Assembly (NCBI RefSeq): GCF_036387835.1
Contig: NZ_DASVSY010000065.1
Coordinates: 12,322 to 76,321 of the forward strand
DNA: 64,000 nucleotides
From: Hymenobacter sp.
GTDB lineage: Bacteria > Bacteroidota > Bacteroidia > Cytophagales > Hymenobacteraceae
Direction: 5' to 3'
Part shown: positions 45,208-54,899 of the stretch, piece after piece
How positions within the stretch are numbered: the stretch's first letter is position 1
Layout: every line of letters begins with the position of its first letter
Made by a program: the position numbers and the translations under genes
Notes under the pieces: generated by a model
What the model was told of the DNA's origin: nothing
Databases searched by the model: none
The model's input: only the letters and a program-made list of their open reading frames with translations

Positions 45208-45815
45208 GCGCGCAAGGGGTTAGGCTGCTGCTCGTACACTTCCCGAATGGCGTTCAGGATGCCCACGTAGGCGCCGCAACGGCAGATGTTGCCGCTCATC
45301 CGCTCGCGCAGCTCCACGTCGGTCAGGTTCACTTCGGTGGCCGTCAGGTCCTCACTTACAAAGCTGGCGTCGCCTTGCGCTACTTCTTGCAGCATAGCCA
45401 CGGCCGAGCAAATCTGGCCGGGTGTGCAGTAGCCGCACTGGTAGCCGTCGTGCTCGATGAAAGCGGCCTGTAAAGGGTGCAGGTGGTCGGGTTGGCCGAG
45501 ACCTTCGATGGTGGTGATGTCTTGGCCTTCGTGCATCACGGCAAACGTCAGGCACGACTTAATTCGCTCCCCGTTCACGAGCACAGTGCACGCCCCGCAC
45601 GCACCTTGGTTGCAGCCCTTTTTGGTGCCGGTCAGGCCAATAAACTCGCGCAGCGCATCCAGCAAGCTTACCCGCGGTTCAAGCTGGAGCTGGTGTTGTT
45701 GCCCGTTGATTTGCAGGCGGACCGGAATAAGGCGCGGATCAGCGGCCTGCGGCGGCGCTTGTCCCGCATGAGGCACGTCGCCGCGCAGAATCTGCTCGAT
45801 GGTACTGCTGCTCAT
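45204..45815 (-). CDS. (2Fe-2S)-binding small subunit
   Basis: 203 aa. GCNQGACGACTV and CGYCTPGQI ... CRCGAY are the two [2Fe-2S] cysteine clusters of the XDH/aldehyde oxidase small subunit. Confidence 0.9.
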   Translation of the reverse strand: MSSSTIEQILRGDVPHAGQAPPQAADPRLIPVRLQINGQQHQLQLEPRVSLLDALREFIGLTGTKKGCNQGACGACTVLVNGERIKSCLTFAVMHEGQDITTIEGLGQPDHLHPLQAAFIEHDGYQCGYCTPGQICSAVAMLQEVAQGDASFVSEDLTATEVNLTDVELRERMSGNICRCGAYVGILNAIREVYEQQPNPLRA

Positions 45816-45891
45816 AAGTAAACCTTGGAAGTGAAATGGAGGAGGTGAAAGAGCATTGCAATCAGAAATGGCAGACTAGGCTGCGTGAACA

Positions 45892-45928
45892 GTAGCGCGG
45901 AACAGATTTCCTGTGGCTTCCGCGCTAC
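45892..45928 (-). terminator. hairpin between the SDR gene and the XDH-family operon
   Basis: GTAGCGCGGAA ... TTCCGCGCTAC is an 11-bp stem with a 15-nt loop, 40 nt downstream of the SDR stop. Confidence 0.5.
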
Positions 45929-45967
45929 CAAATTCTGGCACTGAGCCGTTGGGCGGGTCTGGGGCGG

Positions 45968-46762
45968 CTATTCCTGCTTCTCGAACTGCGATTTGCTGAC
46001 ACTTGCCAGCCAGGCGTCGGGTAGGGTGTTGGCCATAGCGGCCTTCAGCTTGTTGCTAAAGCCCGAAATAACCCGCGCCTCCCCACTCATCAGCGCCTCG
46101 TAGCCGTCTTGGGCCACTTGTTTGGGGTCGGCTTTGCTGGTTTGGCCTTCTTTGGTGTCTTCGGCGTCGGAAGCCACGAAGAAGTTGGTGTCGGTGGCGC
46201 CGGGGCACAGGGCCGTCAGCGTCACGCCCGATTCCTTAAATTCCTCGGCCAGCGCTTCGGAGAAGCTAAGCACAAAGGCCTTGGAGGCGCTGTACACCGC
46301 AAAGTTGGGGGTGGGCTGAAAGGCGGCCAGCGAAGCCAGCTGCAGAATGCGACCCTTACCGCGCTGCTGCATGTCGCGGCCAAAGTAGAAGGTCAGCTCC
46401 ATCAGGGTCGTGATATTGGTGTTGATCATCTCGACGTGCCGGTCGATGTTTGCTTCCAGGAACTTGCCCGCTAATCCAAAGCCCGCGTCGTTGACTAGAA
46501 TATCTACCTGTAGGCCCTGGCGCTGCACGGCATCGTACACCAACCGGCCGGCACCGGGGCGCCCTAAGTCTTGCGTAATCAGGGTGGGCGTGATGCCGTG
46601 GACCTGCTCCAAGTGCTGAGCGAAGCTTTGCAAGCCTCCCGGATTCTGGTCTACCAGAATCAGCTGGTACTGGTCTTTGGCCAGCAAGTGGGCCAGTTCC
46701 TGGCCGATGCCGCTGGCGGCACCGGTGACGAGGGCAACGGAGAGGTTCAAGTCATTAGCCAT
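45968..46762 (-). CDS. SDR family oxidoreductase
   Basis: 264 aa. TGAASGIGQ is the cofactor motif and YSASK is the catalytic motif. Confidence 0.9.
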   Translation of the reverse strand: MANDLNLSVALVTGAASGIGQELAHLLAKDQYQLILVDQNPGGLQSFAQHLEQVHGITPTLITQDLGRPGAGRLVYDAVQRQGLQVDILVNDAGFGLAGKFLEANIDRHVEMINTNITTLMELTFYFGRDMQQRGKGRILQLASLAAFQPTPNFAVYSASKAFVLSFSEALAEEFKESGVTLTALCPGATDTNFFVASDAEDTKEGQTSKADPKQVAQDGYEALMSGEARVISGFSNKLKAAMANTLPDAWLASVSKSQFEKQE

Positions 46763-46923
46763 GGTGGTAGTCCGGCAAATAGGTAAGGGTAGAACTTTCT
46801 CTACCAGGCTATTTCCGAGAAGGTTACTACTGTTGAGTAAAAGTCGGGGCCTGATTGCTTGCCTAGTGTTGAGCTAGAATCCTGTGCTGATGTGCTTACA
46901 ATCGCTGCACAAAAGGGGCTACT

Positions 46924-47026
46924 ATAGAGACGCGACACTTCGTGTCTCGGGGTTGAACGACCTGCCTAGAACAATTCAGTTTAAACAACGTCAGCAACGC
47001 CGAGACGCAAAGGGTCGCGTCTCCAC
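46924..47026 (+). repeat. MITE/REP-like element, copy 2
   Basis: TAGAGACGCGACACTTCGTGTCTC, then GGGGTTGAACGACCTGCCTAGAACAATTCAGTTTAAACAACGTCAGCAACGCC, then GAGACGCAAAGGGTCGCGTCTCCAC. It is collinear with 56068-56169. Confidence 0.75.
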
Positions 47027-47068
47027 AATAGTTAAAGACCAGCTTCTTTAACTAGGTTGAATCAACCT

Positions 47069-47446
47069 TTATTTCACTACTAGGATACCCCGCAGCATGC
47101 CCATGCCGCAGGTGAATTCAAACGTGCCGGCTTGCTGCGGTAGCAGTTCCACCAGCGTGGTTTTGAAGGCCGGTAAGTCGCGGCGGACGCTGAAGTCGGG
47201 CATCAGCAGTTCCTCCGAGCAACTATTTTCCTCGTCGCGGTAGAAGCTCAGTTGCACGGGCTTGCCGCGCTCCACTTCAATTACTGCCGGCGAGTAGCCA
47301 CCCTTCACCGTAACTGCCACTTCCTGCACGCCCCCCGACGACGAAACCGCCGCGGTAGTTTGGCGCGATGAAAAGAAGAAGTACCACACAACAAATACAG
47401 CTAGTGCCAAGCCGCCCACCGTCACTATAATTTCAACAGTATCCAT
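47069..47446 (-). CDS. cupredoxin-like domain protein (membrane-anchored)
   Basis: The ATG is at 47446 (the track start at 47458 is TTG, immediately after the copA stop). An N-terminal TM helix is followed by VTVKGGYSPAVIEVERGKPVQLSFYRDEENSCSEELL and FEFTCGMGMLRG. This family is commonly paired with Cu-ATPases. Confidence 0.7.
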   Translation of the reverse strand: MDTVEIIVTVGGLALAVFVVWYFFFSSRQTTAAVSSSGGVQEVAVTVKGGYSPAVIEVERGKPVQLSFYRDEENSCSEELLMPDFSVRRDLPAFKTTLVELLPQQAGTFEFTCGMGMLRGILVVK

Positions 47447-47458
47447 GAGGTAGAACAA

Positions 47459-49723
47459 TTAACGGTTGGTGAAAGCCCGTAGGCGCAGCGAATTGGTGAG
47501 CACCGACACCGAACTCAGCGCCATAGCGCCGGCCGCCAGCATGGGCGAGAGCAGCCAGCCAAACACCGGATACAGCAACCCCGCCGCAATAGGAATGCCG
47601 AGGATGTTATAGATGAAGGCGAAGAACAGGTTCTGCTTGATGGTGCGGATAGTCTGGCGCGACAGCTCAATGGCCGTCACCACTCCGTTCAGGTCGGAGC
47701 GCATCAGCGTAATGCCGGCTGCTTCCATGGCCACGTCGGTACCCGAACCGATGGCTAACCCGATGTCGGCCTGCGCCAGTGCGGGCGCGTCGTTGATACC
47801 GTCGCCAACCATGGCCACCACGCGGCCTTCGGCTTGCAGTTCCTTCACCTTACCGGCCTTGTCGTCGGGCAGCACTTCGGCGAAGTAGCGCTTGATGCCA
47901 ACTTGGCCGGCCACTTGGGCTGCTGTCTGCGGGTTGTCGCCGGTCATCATTACCACTTCAATGCCTAGGGCCTGCAGCTTCCGGATGGCGGCCGCCGACG
48001 TGTCGCGCACGGTATCGGCCACGCCGATTAAGGCCACAGCCTTACCGGCTACGGCCACGTACAGCACCGTTCTGGCTTGGTTGAGCAAGTGTTCGGCTTG
48101 GGCCGTGAGTTCCGGTGAAAGCGTAACCCCTTCATCGGCCAGCAGGCGCCGGTTGCCGATGAGCACGGCTTGGCCCGCTACCGTGGCAGCAGCCCCTTTG
48201 CCTTCCACCGCCCGAAAAGCTGTAGCGGGCACCTTATCAGTGTTTTGCGCATCGGCGTAGCGCACTACCGCTTCGGCCAGCGGGTGCTCGGATAACCGTT
48301 CCAGGGCGGCTATTAGCTGCAACAGGTGCCTGGCATTCTGGCCAGGCGCCACGAAATCGGTAACGGCGGGCTGGCCGTTGGTGATGGTGCCGGTTTTGTC
48401 GAGCAGCACCGTATTTACCTGGTAGGCCTTTTCCAGCGCCTCCGCGTTGCGAATCAGTACCCCATGCTCGGCCCCTTTGCCGGTGCCAACCATGATGGCC
48501 GTGGGCGTAGCCAAGCCGAGGGCGCAGGGGCAGGCAATGATGAGCACGGCCACAAAATTGACCAGCGCCAGCGGCAGACGGGTAGCCACCGGGGCTAAGT
48601 CAAACCAGAGCACAAAAGTCAGGATGGCAATAATCACTACCGTCGGCACGAAGATGGCGCTGACCTTGTCGGCCAGGCGTTGGATGGGTGCGCGGCTGCC
48701 TTGAGCATCTTCCACTAGCTTCACAATCTGCGAGAGCATGGTATCGGCGCCGACTTTGGTGACGCGGAAACGGAACGAGCCAGTCTTGTTAAGCGTGGCG
48801 CCGAAAACCGGGTCGCCCACCTTTTTCTCCACCGGCAGACTTTCACCGGTAAGCATGGCTTCATCGAGCGAGGAATGGCCTTCTAATAGCACGCCGTCGG
48901 TAGCCACCTTCTCGCCGGGACGCACCACCACAATGTCGCCGAGTTGCACCTGCTCGATAGGCACATCCAACTCCTGACCGTTGGGGCGGACCACACGGGC
49001 CGTTTTGACTTGCAAACCTAGCAGGGCTTTCATAGCGGCTGAGGTTTGCGTTTTGGCGCGCATTTCCATCACCTTACCAAGCAAAATCAGCGCAATAATG
49101 GTGGCCGTGGTGTCGTAATACACCTCGGGCATGATGCCGCGGCTCATGAAGAAGCCCGGAACTATTGTAGCAGCTAGGCTATACAGAAACGCCGCACCAG
49201 TGCCCACAGCCACCAATGTGTCCATGTTGGCGGCCCGATGCTTGAAGCCGTTCCAGGCCGACACGTAAAACTCGCGCCCGCTGTAGAGCAGCACTGGCAA
49301 CGTTAGCAGAAGCAAGGTGTAGTTCAGCCATTGCATGTTTACGCGCTGCAGCAGGGCAGGCCACAGCATAAGCATACTCAGCGGCATGATGACGATGGCC
49401 AGGCCTAACGCCACCCAAAAGCGGCGCTTCAGCTTCTGGTACGCCACGGCCTTCTGTTGGTCGATTTCCGCGCTGCGCTTGGCGGCGCTGGTATCCGGGG
49501 CGCGCTCGATAACGCCGTAACCGGCCTTTACCACAGCTTCTTTGAGTGAGGTGGGCGAGGCTTGGTCGGGCAGGTATTGAACGGTGGCCTTTTCGGTGGC
49601 GAAGTTGACCATGGCATTTTGCACCCCAGGCGTGCGGCTCAGCGACTTTTCCACGAAGGAAGCGCACGAGGCACAGGTCATTCCTTCTATATCGAGGGTT
49701 GTAGTTTCGGGTTCGGGAGACAT
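47459..49723 (-). CDS. copA: copper-translocating P1B-type ATPase
   Basis: 754 aa. It has an N-terminal HMA motif [12 protein letters not shown], a TM CPC motif ([13 protein letters not shown]), the DKTGTIT phosphorylation site and GDGINDAP. Confidence 0.9.
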   Translation of the reverse strand: MSPEPETTTLDIEGMTCASCASFVEKSLSRTPGVQNAMVNFATEKATVQYLPDQASPTSLKEAVVKAGYGVIERAPDTSAAKRSAEIDQQKAVAYQKLKRRFWVALGLAIVIMPLSMLMLWPALLQRVNMQWLNYTLLLLTLPVLLYSGREFYVSAWNGFKHRAANMDTLVAVGTGAAFLYSLAATIVPGFFMSRGIMPEVYYDTTATIIALILLGKVMEMRAKTQTSAAMKALLGLQVKTARVVRPNGQELDVPIEQVQLGDIVVVRPGEKVATDGVLLEGHSSLDEAMLTGESLPVEKKVGDPVFGATLNKTGSFRFRVTKVGADTMLSQIVKLVEDAQGSRAPIQRLADKVSAIFVPTVVIIAILTFVLWFDLAPVATRLPLALVNFVAVLIIACPCALGLATPTAIMVGTGKGAEHGVLIRNAEALEKAYQVNTVLLDKTGTITNGQPAVTDFVAPGQNARHLLQLIAALERLSEHPLAEAVVRYADAQNTDKVPATAFRAVEGKGAAATVAGQAVLIGNRRLLADEGVTLSPELTAQAEHLLNQARTVLYVAVAGKAVALIGVADTVRDTSAAAIRKLQALGIEVVMMTGDNPQTAAQVAGQVGIKRYFAEVLPDDKAGKVKELQAEGRVVAMVGDGINDAPALAQADIGLAIGSGTDVAMEAAGITLMRSDLNGVVTAIELSRQTIRTIKQNLFFAFIYNILGIPIAAGLLYPVFGWLLSPMLAAGAMALSSVSVLTNSLRLRAFTNR

Positions 49724-50105
49724 GACAAATCAGCTAGAATAAGAGCGCAGAGGTACTTTCAGAGAGTCGAGTGCCACGCCCAATAACACGGCAAAGGAAC
49801 TGCGGACGGGTGCGCTATGCCGTATGTAATCTTGAACAATAGTTACATAATTTGTAGTGCCCTTGGCTTCGCTGAAACGCTTATATAATTGTGCTTTGCT
49901 TATGCATAATTCTGCTCAGCAGAGGACAGGCAAAACAGGTTGACATGGCGGGAAATGCCTTCTACAATGTCCAGAGGCAGGATTTTAACTTGATAAGGTC
50001 TACTTTCCGTCTGAGGCAGAAACTCAACTCGCCATTCCTAGGTTAAGAGACAGTACAACACTTCTGCTGAAAGCGCGCTACTTTCGCAGTTGAATTTTGC
50101 CTGTC

Positions 50106-50582
50106 ATGTTCCGTAGCCTGTTCCTGTTCCGACGCTTGCTGGCGACGACCTTTCTGGTCGTCTTCGTCAACGTGTTCGTAGGGCAGTGCTGGTGCGCAAC
50201 TACGGCTCCGGCAGTTTCTGGCAAGGCGCTGATGGCGAGCTGCCACACGAAGCCGGATAAGCCCATGCCTCCCGGCTGCAAGATGCACGGCTCGGCAAAG
50301 GACGGCACCGCCAAAGGCAAACCGGATACCTCTCACAAGTCTTCGGGCAAGCACGACTGCTGCAAAGACAAGTCGGCCTCGTTGCTCTCGTCGCTGACTA
50401 CGCCGGCCGAAAAGCACGTAGCCATTCCCGCACTGGCCCTCTTGCCGACGGCAGTGGAGTTTCAGTTCCGCCCCCTGGCGGGCCCTTGGGATTGGACAGC
50501 CAGCGTGCTGCTGGTGCCCCCGCGGCAGCTAAAACCCAAAATTCCTGACATCCGCATCTTCATTCAGTCCCTGACTGTCTGA
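50106..50582 (+). CDS. Cys/His-rich small membrane-anchored protein (possible metal-binding; function unknown)
   Basis: The ATG is at 50106 (the track start is TTG at 50097). An N-terminal hydrophobic helix is followed by CWC, SCH, GCKMHG and HDCCKDK clusters. It is transcribed divergently from copA. Confidence 0.5.
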   Translation: MFRSLFLFRRLLATTFLVVFVNVFVGQCWCATTAPAVSGKALMASCHTKPDKPMPPGCKMHGSAKDGTAKGKPDTSHKSSGKHDCCKDKSASLLSSLTTPAEKHVAIPALALLPTAVEFQFRPLAGPWDWTASVLLVPPRQLKPKIPDIRIFIQSLTV

Positions 50583-50844
50583 TTGTTTCGACGCGCCAAG
50601 GCTCGCGCCGGCATGGCTATGCTATGTCCGGGGCGGGCCTTGGCATTTTTGCGTCTGCTTGGGTAGAGGTTACCCTTACTCCTTCTCCGAAAGAGAGCAG
50701 AACTAATTTCTGGTCCTAACAGCTGGCTAGTTCCCACATCTGCTGTCATGCTCGCCCTATAAAGCTTGCGGTGCTGCCAGGGTTGCATGGCATCCGCTGA
50801 AGAAGAGCAAAAAGCCAATAGCTATTAGGCCTTTCTAGCCTAAA

Positions 50845-50885
50845 GCTAGCTCCCCTCTCCCTGAGGAGAGGAGCTAGGGGTGAGG
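50845..50885. repeat. GC-rich hairpin repeat (CTCCCCTCTCC...GGAGAGGAGC...GGGGTGAGG)
   Basis: GCTAGCTCCCCTCTCCCTGAGGAGAGGAGCTAGGGGTGAGG. A related sequence lies inside the RND pump gene at 56681-56715, and a partial copy (GGGGTGCCGGAGGGTGAGG) is at ~53069-53087. Confidence 0.6.
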
Positions 50886-50936
50886 TCACGCACGACCCTA
50901 CGGAGCCCCGTTTCCAACTTCAAAATTTCTATTTCA

Positions 50937-51881
50937 ATGAACCGCATTTTCGTTCAAATGCTGGCCGCTGCCAGCCTGTTAGCGGCTGCTAGCTGCTCAT
51001 CCGATACCTCTAGCAGCCCCACTAATACCGTGGCCGATGCCACTGAAGCCGGTGCCGGAAGTTCTGCTGAGCACGCCGGCGCGCACACCTACGCCTGCCC
51101 CATGCACCCCGAAGTGACCAGTACCAAGCCGGGGGAGAAGTGCCCAAAGTGCGGTATGGAGCTGGTGCACAACGACCAGGTTTCCAATGGCAAGTCGTAC
51201 CAGATGAAGTACGAGCCTACGCCTATGCAGCCGGTAGCCGGCCAGCCCGTTACGCTGGCTTTCACGCCGCAGGAAGTGGGCAATGAGAAAGCGCCGGTGC
51301 CGCTAGCCGTGGTGCATGAAAAGAAAATCCACCTCATTATCGTTAGCAAAGACCTGGCGCAATTCCACCACGAGCACCCGGAATTCACCGCCGACGGCAA
51401 CTACAAGGCCCCGTTCACCTTCAGCAAAGGCGGTGACTACGTGCTGTTCCAGGACTACACGCCCGACGGTAGTGGGCACCAACTAGGCCGCCAGCCCATC
51501 ACGGTGCAAGGCCCGAAATACACGCCCGTTAAGTTCACCAAAGACCAGATGCAGTGGCAGCAGGACGGCTACCAGGCCACCTTATCGTTTGGTAAGGCGC
51601 TGAAGGTTGGCCAGCTGCTCGGCATGAAAATCAACATCACCAAAGGCGGCCAGCCCGTCACCGACCTCGACAACTACCTCGGTGCCCTCGGCCACGTGGT
51701 GGTTATCAGCGAAGACACCGAGAAGTACCTGCACGTGCACCCCAACGACCAAGCCGACAAAGGTCCCAACATCGGCTTCAGCACCAACTTCGAGGCTCCG
51801 GGCCTGTACCGCGTGTTCCTGCAGTTCAACCACGCCGGCCAGATTCACACCGCCGACTTCACCATCCAGGTCAGCGCGTAA
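50937..51881 (+). CDS. heavy-metal-binding-domain (HMBD) lipoprotein
   Basis: The ATG at 50937 gives MNRIFVQMLAAASLLAAASC (lipobox). YACPMHPEVTSTKPGEKCPKCGMELV is the HMBD/YHS-like Cys4 motif. The C-terminal part is beta-rich with several His residues. Confidence 0.75.
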   Translation: MNRIFVQMLAAASLLAAASCSSDTSSSPTNTVADATEAGAGSSAEHAGAHTYACPMHPEVTSTKPGEKCPKCGMELVHNDQVSNGKSYQMKYEPTPMQPVAGQPVTLAFTPQEVGNEKAPVPLAVVHEKKIHLIIVSKDLAQFHHEHPEFTADGNYKAPFTFSKGGDYVLFQDYTPDGSGHQLGRQPITVQGPKYTPVKFTKDQMQWQQDGYQATLSFGKALKVGQLLGMKINITKGGQPVTDLDNYLGALGHVVVISEDTEKYLHVHPNDQADKGPNIGFSTNFEAPGLYRVFLQFNHAGQIHTADFTIQVSA

Positions 51882-51917
51882 CTGCTTCATTTTCACCTCC
51901 AGCCTAGACCTGCACGT

Positions 51918-52727
51918 ATGAAAATCTCGGTTTTTTCCTTTGCCGCCCTTACTTCTGGAGTTCTGTTGCTCGGTAGCTGCAACAGCAAGCAATCAACTGA
52001 TTCCAGCGCCACCACAACGACCCAGGCTATGGCCGATTCTGCTGCTCATGGCGACATGGAGCATTCAGTTATGAGCCATGGCACTGCCACAACAGGCATG
52101 ATAGCCGTCATGGCTAATATGATGGGGCTAATGAATGCCGTCAAGCCTGCTGGCAACACCGACCACGATTTTGCCCATATGATGATGGCCCACCATCAGG
52201 GCGCCGTGGATATGTCGGCGCTGGAACTCAAGGAAGGTAAGGACGCTACCCTACGGGTCATGGCCGAAAAAATCAGCGCCGACCAGAAAAAGGAAATCCA
52301 GGACCTCGAAGCCATTGCCACCCGCCTCGACGGAGCCCCCACCAACTACAAATCCACCGACCCGGCTGACCCATTCACCAGTGCAATGAAAAGCTCGATG
52401 GATGGCATGATGAAAGATATGGGCACGGGCAGCGGCAACGTCGACCAGGACTACGCCCAATTGATGGTGCCCCATCACCAAAGTGCCGTGGATATGGCCA
52501 AGGCAGAGCTGGCGCACGGCCGGGATACCAAGCTGAAGGAAATGGCGCAGAAGATGATAACCGCGCAGCAAAAGGAAATCCAGCAGTTCAAAGACTGGCA
52601 AACCAAAAACGGCGGCAAGCCCAAAGCCGAAGAGGCGGTGTACGAGTGCCCCATGGGCGACGGCGGCCAAAGCAACGCCCCCGGCAAGTGCTCGAAGTGC
52701 GGTATGGACCTAGAAAGGAAGGCGTAG
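51918..52727 (+). CDS. DUF305 family protein (two repeats) fused to a C-terminal HMBD
   Basis: DHDFAHMMMAHHQGAVDMS and DQDYAQLMVPHHQSAVDMA are DUF305 signatures. YECPMGDGGQSNAPGKCSKCGMDL lies at the C-terminus. There is a lipoprotein-like signal (LLLGSC). Confidence 0.8.
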   Translation: MKISVFSFAALTSGVLLLGSCNSKQSTDSSATTTTQAMADSAAHGDMEHSVMSHGTATTGMIAVMANMMGLMNAVKPAGNTDHDFAHMMMAHHQGAVDMSALELKEGKDATLRVMAEKISADQKKEIQDLEAIATRLDGAPTNYKSTDPADPFTSAMKSSMDGMMKDMGTGSGNVDQDYAQLMVPHHQSAVDMAKAELAHGRDTKLKEMAQKMITAQQKEIQQFKDWQTKNGGKPKAEEAVYECPMGDGGQSNAPGKCSKCGMDLERKA

Positions 52728-52792
52728 CAGCCATGCACTTCACCCTCGGCCCGACTTCAAAAGGGAAGGGGCGTGAGACGCAAGCATCGTGT

Positions 52793-52882
52793 CATTCCGC
52801 GCCTCCAGCGGCGAGAGGAATCTGAATTAAAGACGTTCAACGATTATACCCAGATTCCTCTCGCCGCTGGAGGCGCGGAATG
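52793..52882. repeat. 32-bp perfect inverted repeat
   Basis: CATTCCGCGCCTCCAGCGGCGAGAGGAATCTG (52793-52824) pairs with CAGATTCCTCTCGCCGCTGGAGGCGCGGAATG (52851-52882) across a 26-nt loop. GTCATTCCG (52791-99) can also pair with CGGAATGAC (52884-92). Confidence 0.75.
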
Positions 52883-53091
52883 TCGGAATGACAAAGCCTA
52901 GTAGGATAAACTTTTAGAATCTACCTGATAGGGCAATTCCTAATGAACGCAGCCAAAGCATCGCTCCTGCTTATTGAGTTAACAATAAAGCCATTTACCA
53001 ATTGATAATGGTGAGCCTTCATCGAAAACTAAATTGCCCAACTCGTCTGGCTCTCCTTCTTTTTTGGAGGGGGTGCCGGAGGGTGAGGTGC

Positions 53092-54291
53092 ATGGTCTTG
53101 CTGTTGTTGCTGGCCGGGCCGGCGCTGGCGCAGCGGGTGGTAGTGCGCCTGGATAGCGCCGAGCAGCAGGCCCTGCGGCTGCATCCGCGGCTGCGCCAGT
53201 CGACGCAGGAAATCGAGGAACAAAGGGCTTTGAAACGGGGCAGCTTCGCCCCGCCCAATCCGGATTTTCTGTGGTCGGCACCTACGGGTGAGCGGTGGGC
53301 GCCGGGCGTGGTGCAAACCATCGACTTGCCGAGCGTGTACCGCAACCAGGCGCGGGCTGCGCAGGCGGGCATTGTCTTGGCCGAGCGAGGGCTGGACGTG
53401 AACCGAGCCGCCGTGCGCCGCGACGTGCGCTTGGCCTACCTCACGTTGCAATTTGCCGAAGCCCAAGTGCAGCAGCTCACCTATCAGGATAGCTTGTTTC
53501 AGACGTTGCAGCAAGCCACCAACCGCCTGTATGCAGCCGGCGAAGTCACGGCCTTGCAGCGGGTGAGCACCGAAGCCGAAGCCCGGCAGGTACGCAACCA
53601 ATTGGAGCAAGCCACTGTGGACCAAGGCGCGGCGCAACGGCGGCTTGGTTTGCTGCTCGGCCAACCCAACGCCAACCTGACGGTGGAAACCGACCTGCGG
53701 CAAACCGGCCCCGAGCTGGCTCGCACTGGAGCCGAGCTATTGGGTACGCTTTCCAATCAAGACAGTGTCGCCGTTGCTTTGAGCCCCACGCTGGCCTACT
53801 ACAGCCAGAATGTGACCCTGAGCCAGTCTGGTATTAGCTTGGTGCGGGCCCGCCGGACGCCGGCCCTGACGGTGGGGTACCAGAACCAGGCCTTCGAAGA
53901 CTCGCCCTTCAAGTACCGCTTGCAGTTTGGCGTGTCGTTGCCGATCTGGTTTTGGACTTACCGCTCGCAGTTGCAGGCGGCTACGGCCCGCAGCAAAGCC
54001 GCGCAGGCGCAATTGCAAGGGCAGCGCCTCGAGCTAAGCACTCAGTACCAGCAGGCCCTGGCCGACACGCGCAAGTTTGCTTCCTCGCTCACCTACTACG
54101 AGCAAACCGGCCTGCCCCAGTCCAGTGCCATCATCAGCCAGTCGTGGCGCCTGTTTCGGGCCGGGGAAATCAGCTACCTGGTGTTGATTCAGAGTCTGAA
54201 CCAGGCTTTTACCATTCAGAATACCTACCTGACCACCATTCGGGACTACCGTCAGGCCATTGTTGAACTTAACTACCTGCGCGGACAATAA
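53092..54291 (+). CDS. TolC-family outer membrane efflux protein (CzcC-like)
   Basis: Two TolC repeats with LAYLTLQFAEAQV / YRQAIVELNYLRG-type helices. The start is uncertain: ATG 53092 gives MVLLLLLAGPALAQ, and alternatives are GTG 53083 and ATG 53008. Confidence 0.8.
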   Translation: MVLLLLLAGPALAQRVVVRLDSAEQQALRLHPRLRQSTQEIEEQRALKRGSFAPPNPDFLWSAPTGERWAPGVVQTIDLPSVYRNQARAAQAGIVLAERGLDVNRAAVRRDVRLAYLTLQFAEAQVQQLTYQDSLFQTLQQATNRLYAAGEVTALQRVSTEAEARQVRNQLEQATVDQGAAQRRLGLLLGQPNANLTVETDLRQTGPELARTGAELLGTLSNQDSVAVALSPTLAYYSQNVTLSQSGISLVRARRTPALTVGYQNQAFEDSPFKYRLQFGVSLPIWFWTYRSQLQAATARSKAAQAQLQGQRLELSTQYQQALADTRKFASSLTYYEQTGLPQSSAIISQSWRLFRAGEISYLVLIQSLNQAFTIQNTYLTTIRDYRQAIVELNYLRGQ

Positions 54292-54899
54292 TGAAGAATT
54301 TGCTTTTGCTGCTGCTCGCGTTGCTGCTGGCTACCGGCGCCCGCGCCCACGGCGGCGAAGACCACGACGCCGCCCAACCCTCGGCCGGACCCGTGGCTAC
54401 CACCTTTTCCGTAGCGGCTCTTTCTGAAAAGTTCGAGCTGCTGCTGCGCTTCGAGCCCCTAGAAAAAGGCCAGGACGCCGACATGCGGCTGTTTGTGTCG
54501 GATTACGCTACCAACGCTCCCATCAAAGGTGCCAAAGTCACCGTGACCTGCCCGGAAGCTACCAACCTGAAATTCACGGTTACTGAAAAATCGGCGGGGG
54601 CTTATCTGGTGGAGGGCGCTTTTCCAGCCAACCAGAAGTACAGCTTGGCTGTGCAAATCGTGGCCGGCGACCAAGCCGACTTGATGCTGCTTTCCAACCT
54701 GGAAGTGGGCAAAAAGCTACCCGCCGCTACTACGTCAGTAGCAGCGGTACCTTCTCTGTTTCCGTCCTGGAAAAACGTGCTGCTGCTGCTTGGGGCCTTC
54801 GCCCTCGGTATTGTCCTGACGGCTTTCTTCCTGCGGCGCCGGCGCGTGGTTGCGCCAGTCTCCACCACTTCACCTGTTGTGTATGAAAACCAAGCATAA
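54291..54899 (+). CDS. hypothetical periplasmic protein with a C-terminal membrane anchor, in the pump operon
   Basis: 202 aa whose start overlaps the TolC stop (TAATG). It has a signal peptide, a His/Asp/Glu-rich mature N-terminus (HGGEDHDAAQP), a beta-rich middle part and a C-terminal TM helix followed by RRRR. Confidence 0.6.
   Translation: MKNLLLLLLALLLATGARAHGGEDHDAAQPSAGPVATTFSVAALSEKFELLLRFEPLEKGQDADMRLFVSDYATNAPIKGAKVTVTCPEATNLKFTVTEKSAGAYLVEGAFPANQKYSLAVQIVAGDQADLMLLSNLEVGKKLPAATTSVAAVPSLFPSWKNVLLLLGAFALGIVLTAFFLRRRRVVAPVSTTSPVVYENQA

Noticed and set aside
50880-50936. Upstream extension of the HMBD lipoprotein ORF
   Set aside because: The extension overlaps the GC-rich hairpin repeat. 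The ATG at 50937 yields a canonical lipoprotein signal.
53029-53703. 224-aa ORF antisense to the TolC-like gene
   Set aside because: Antisense artefact in GC-rich coding DNA.
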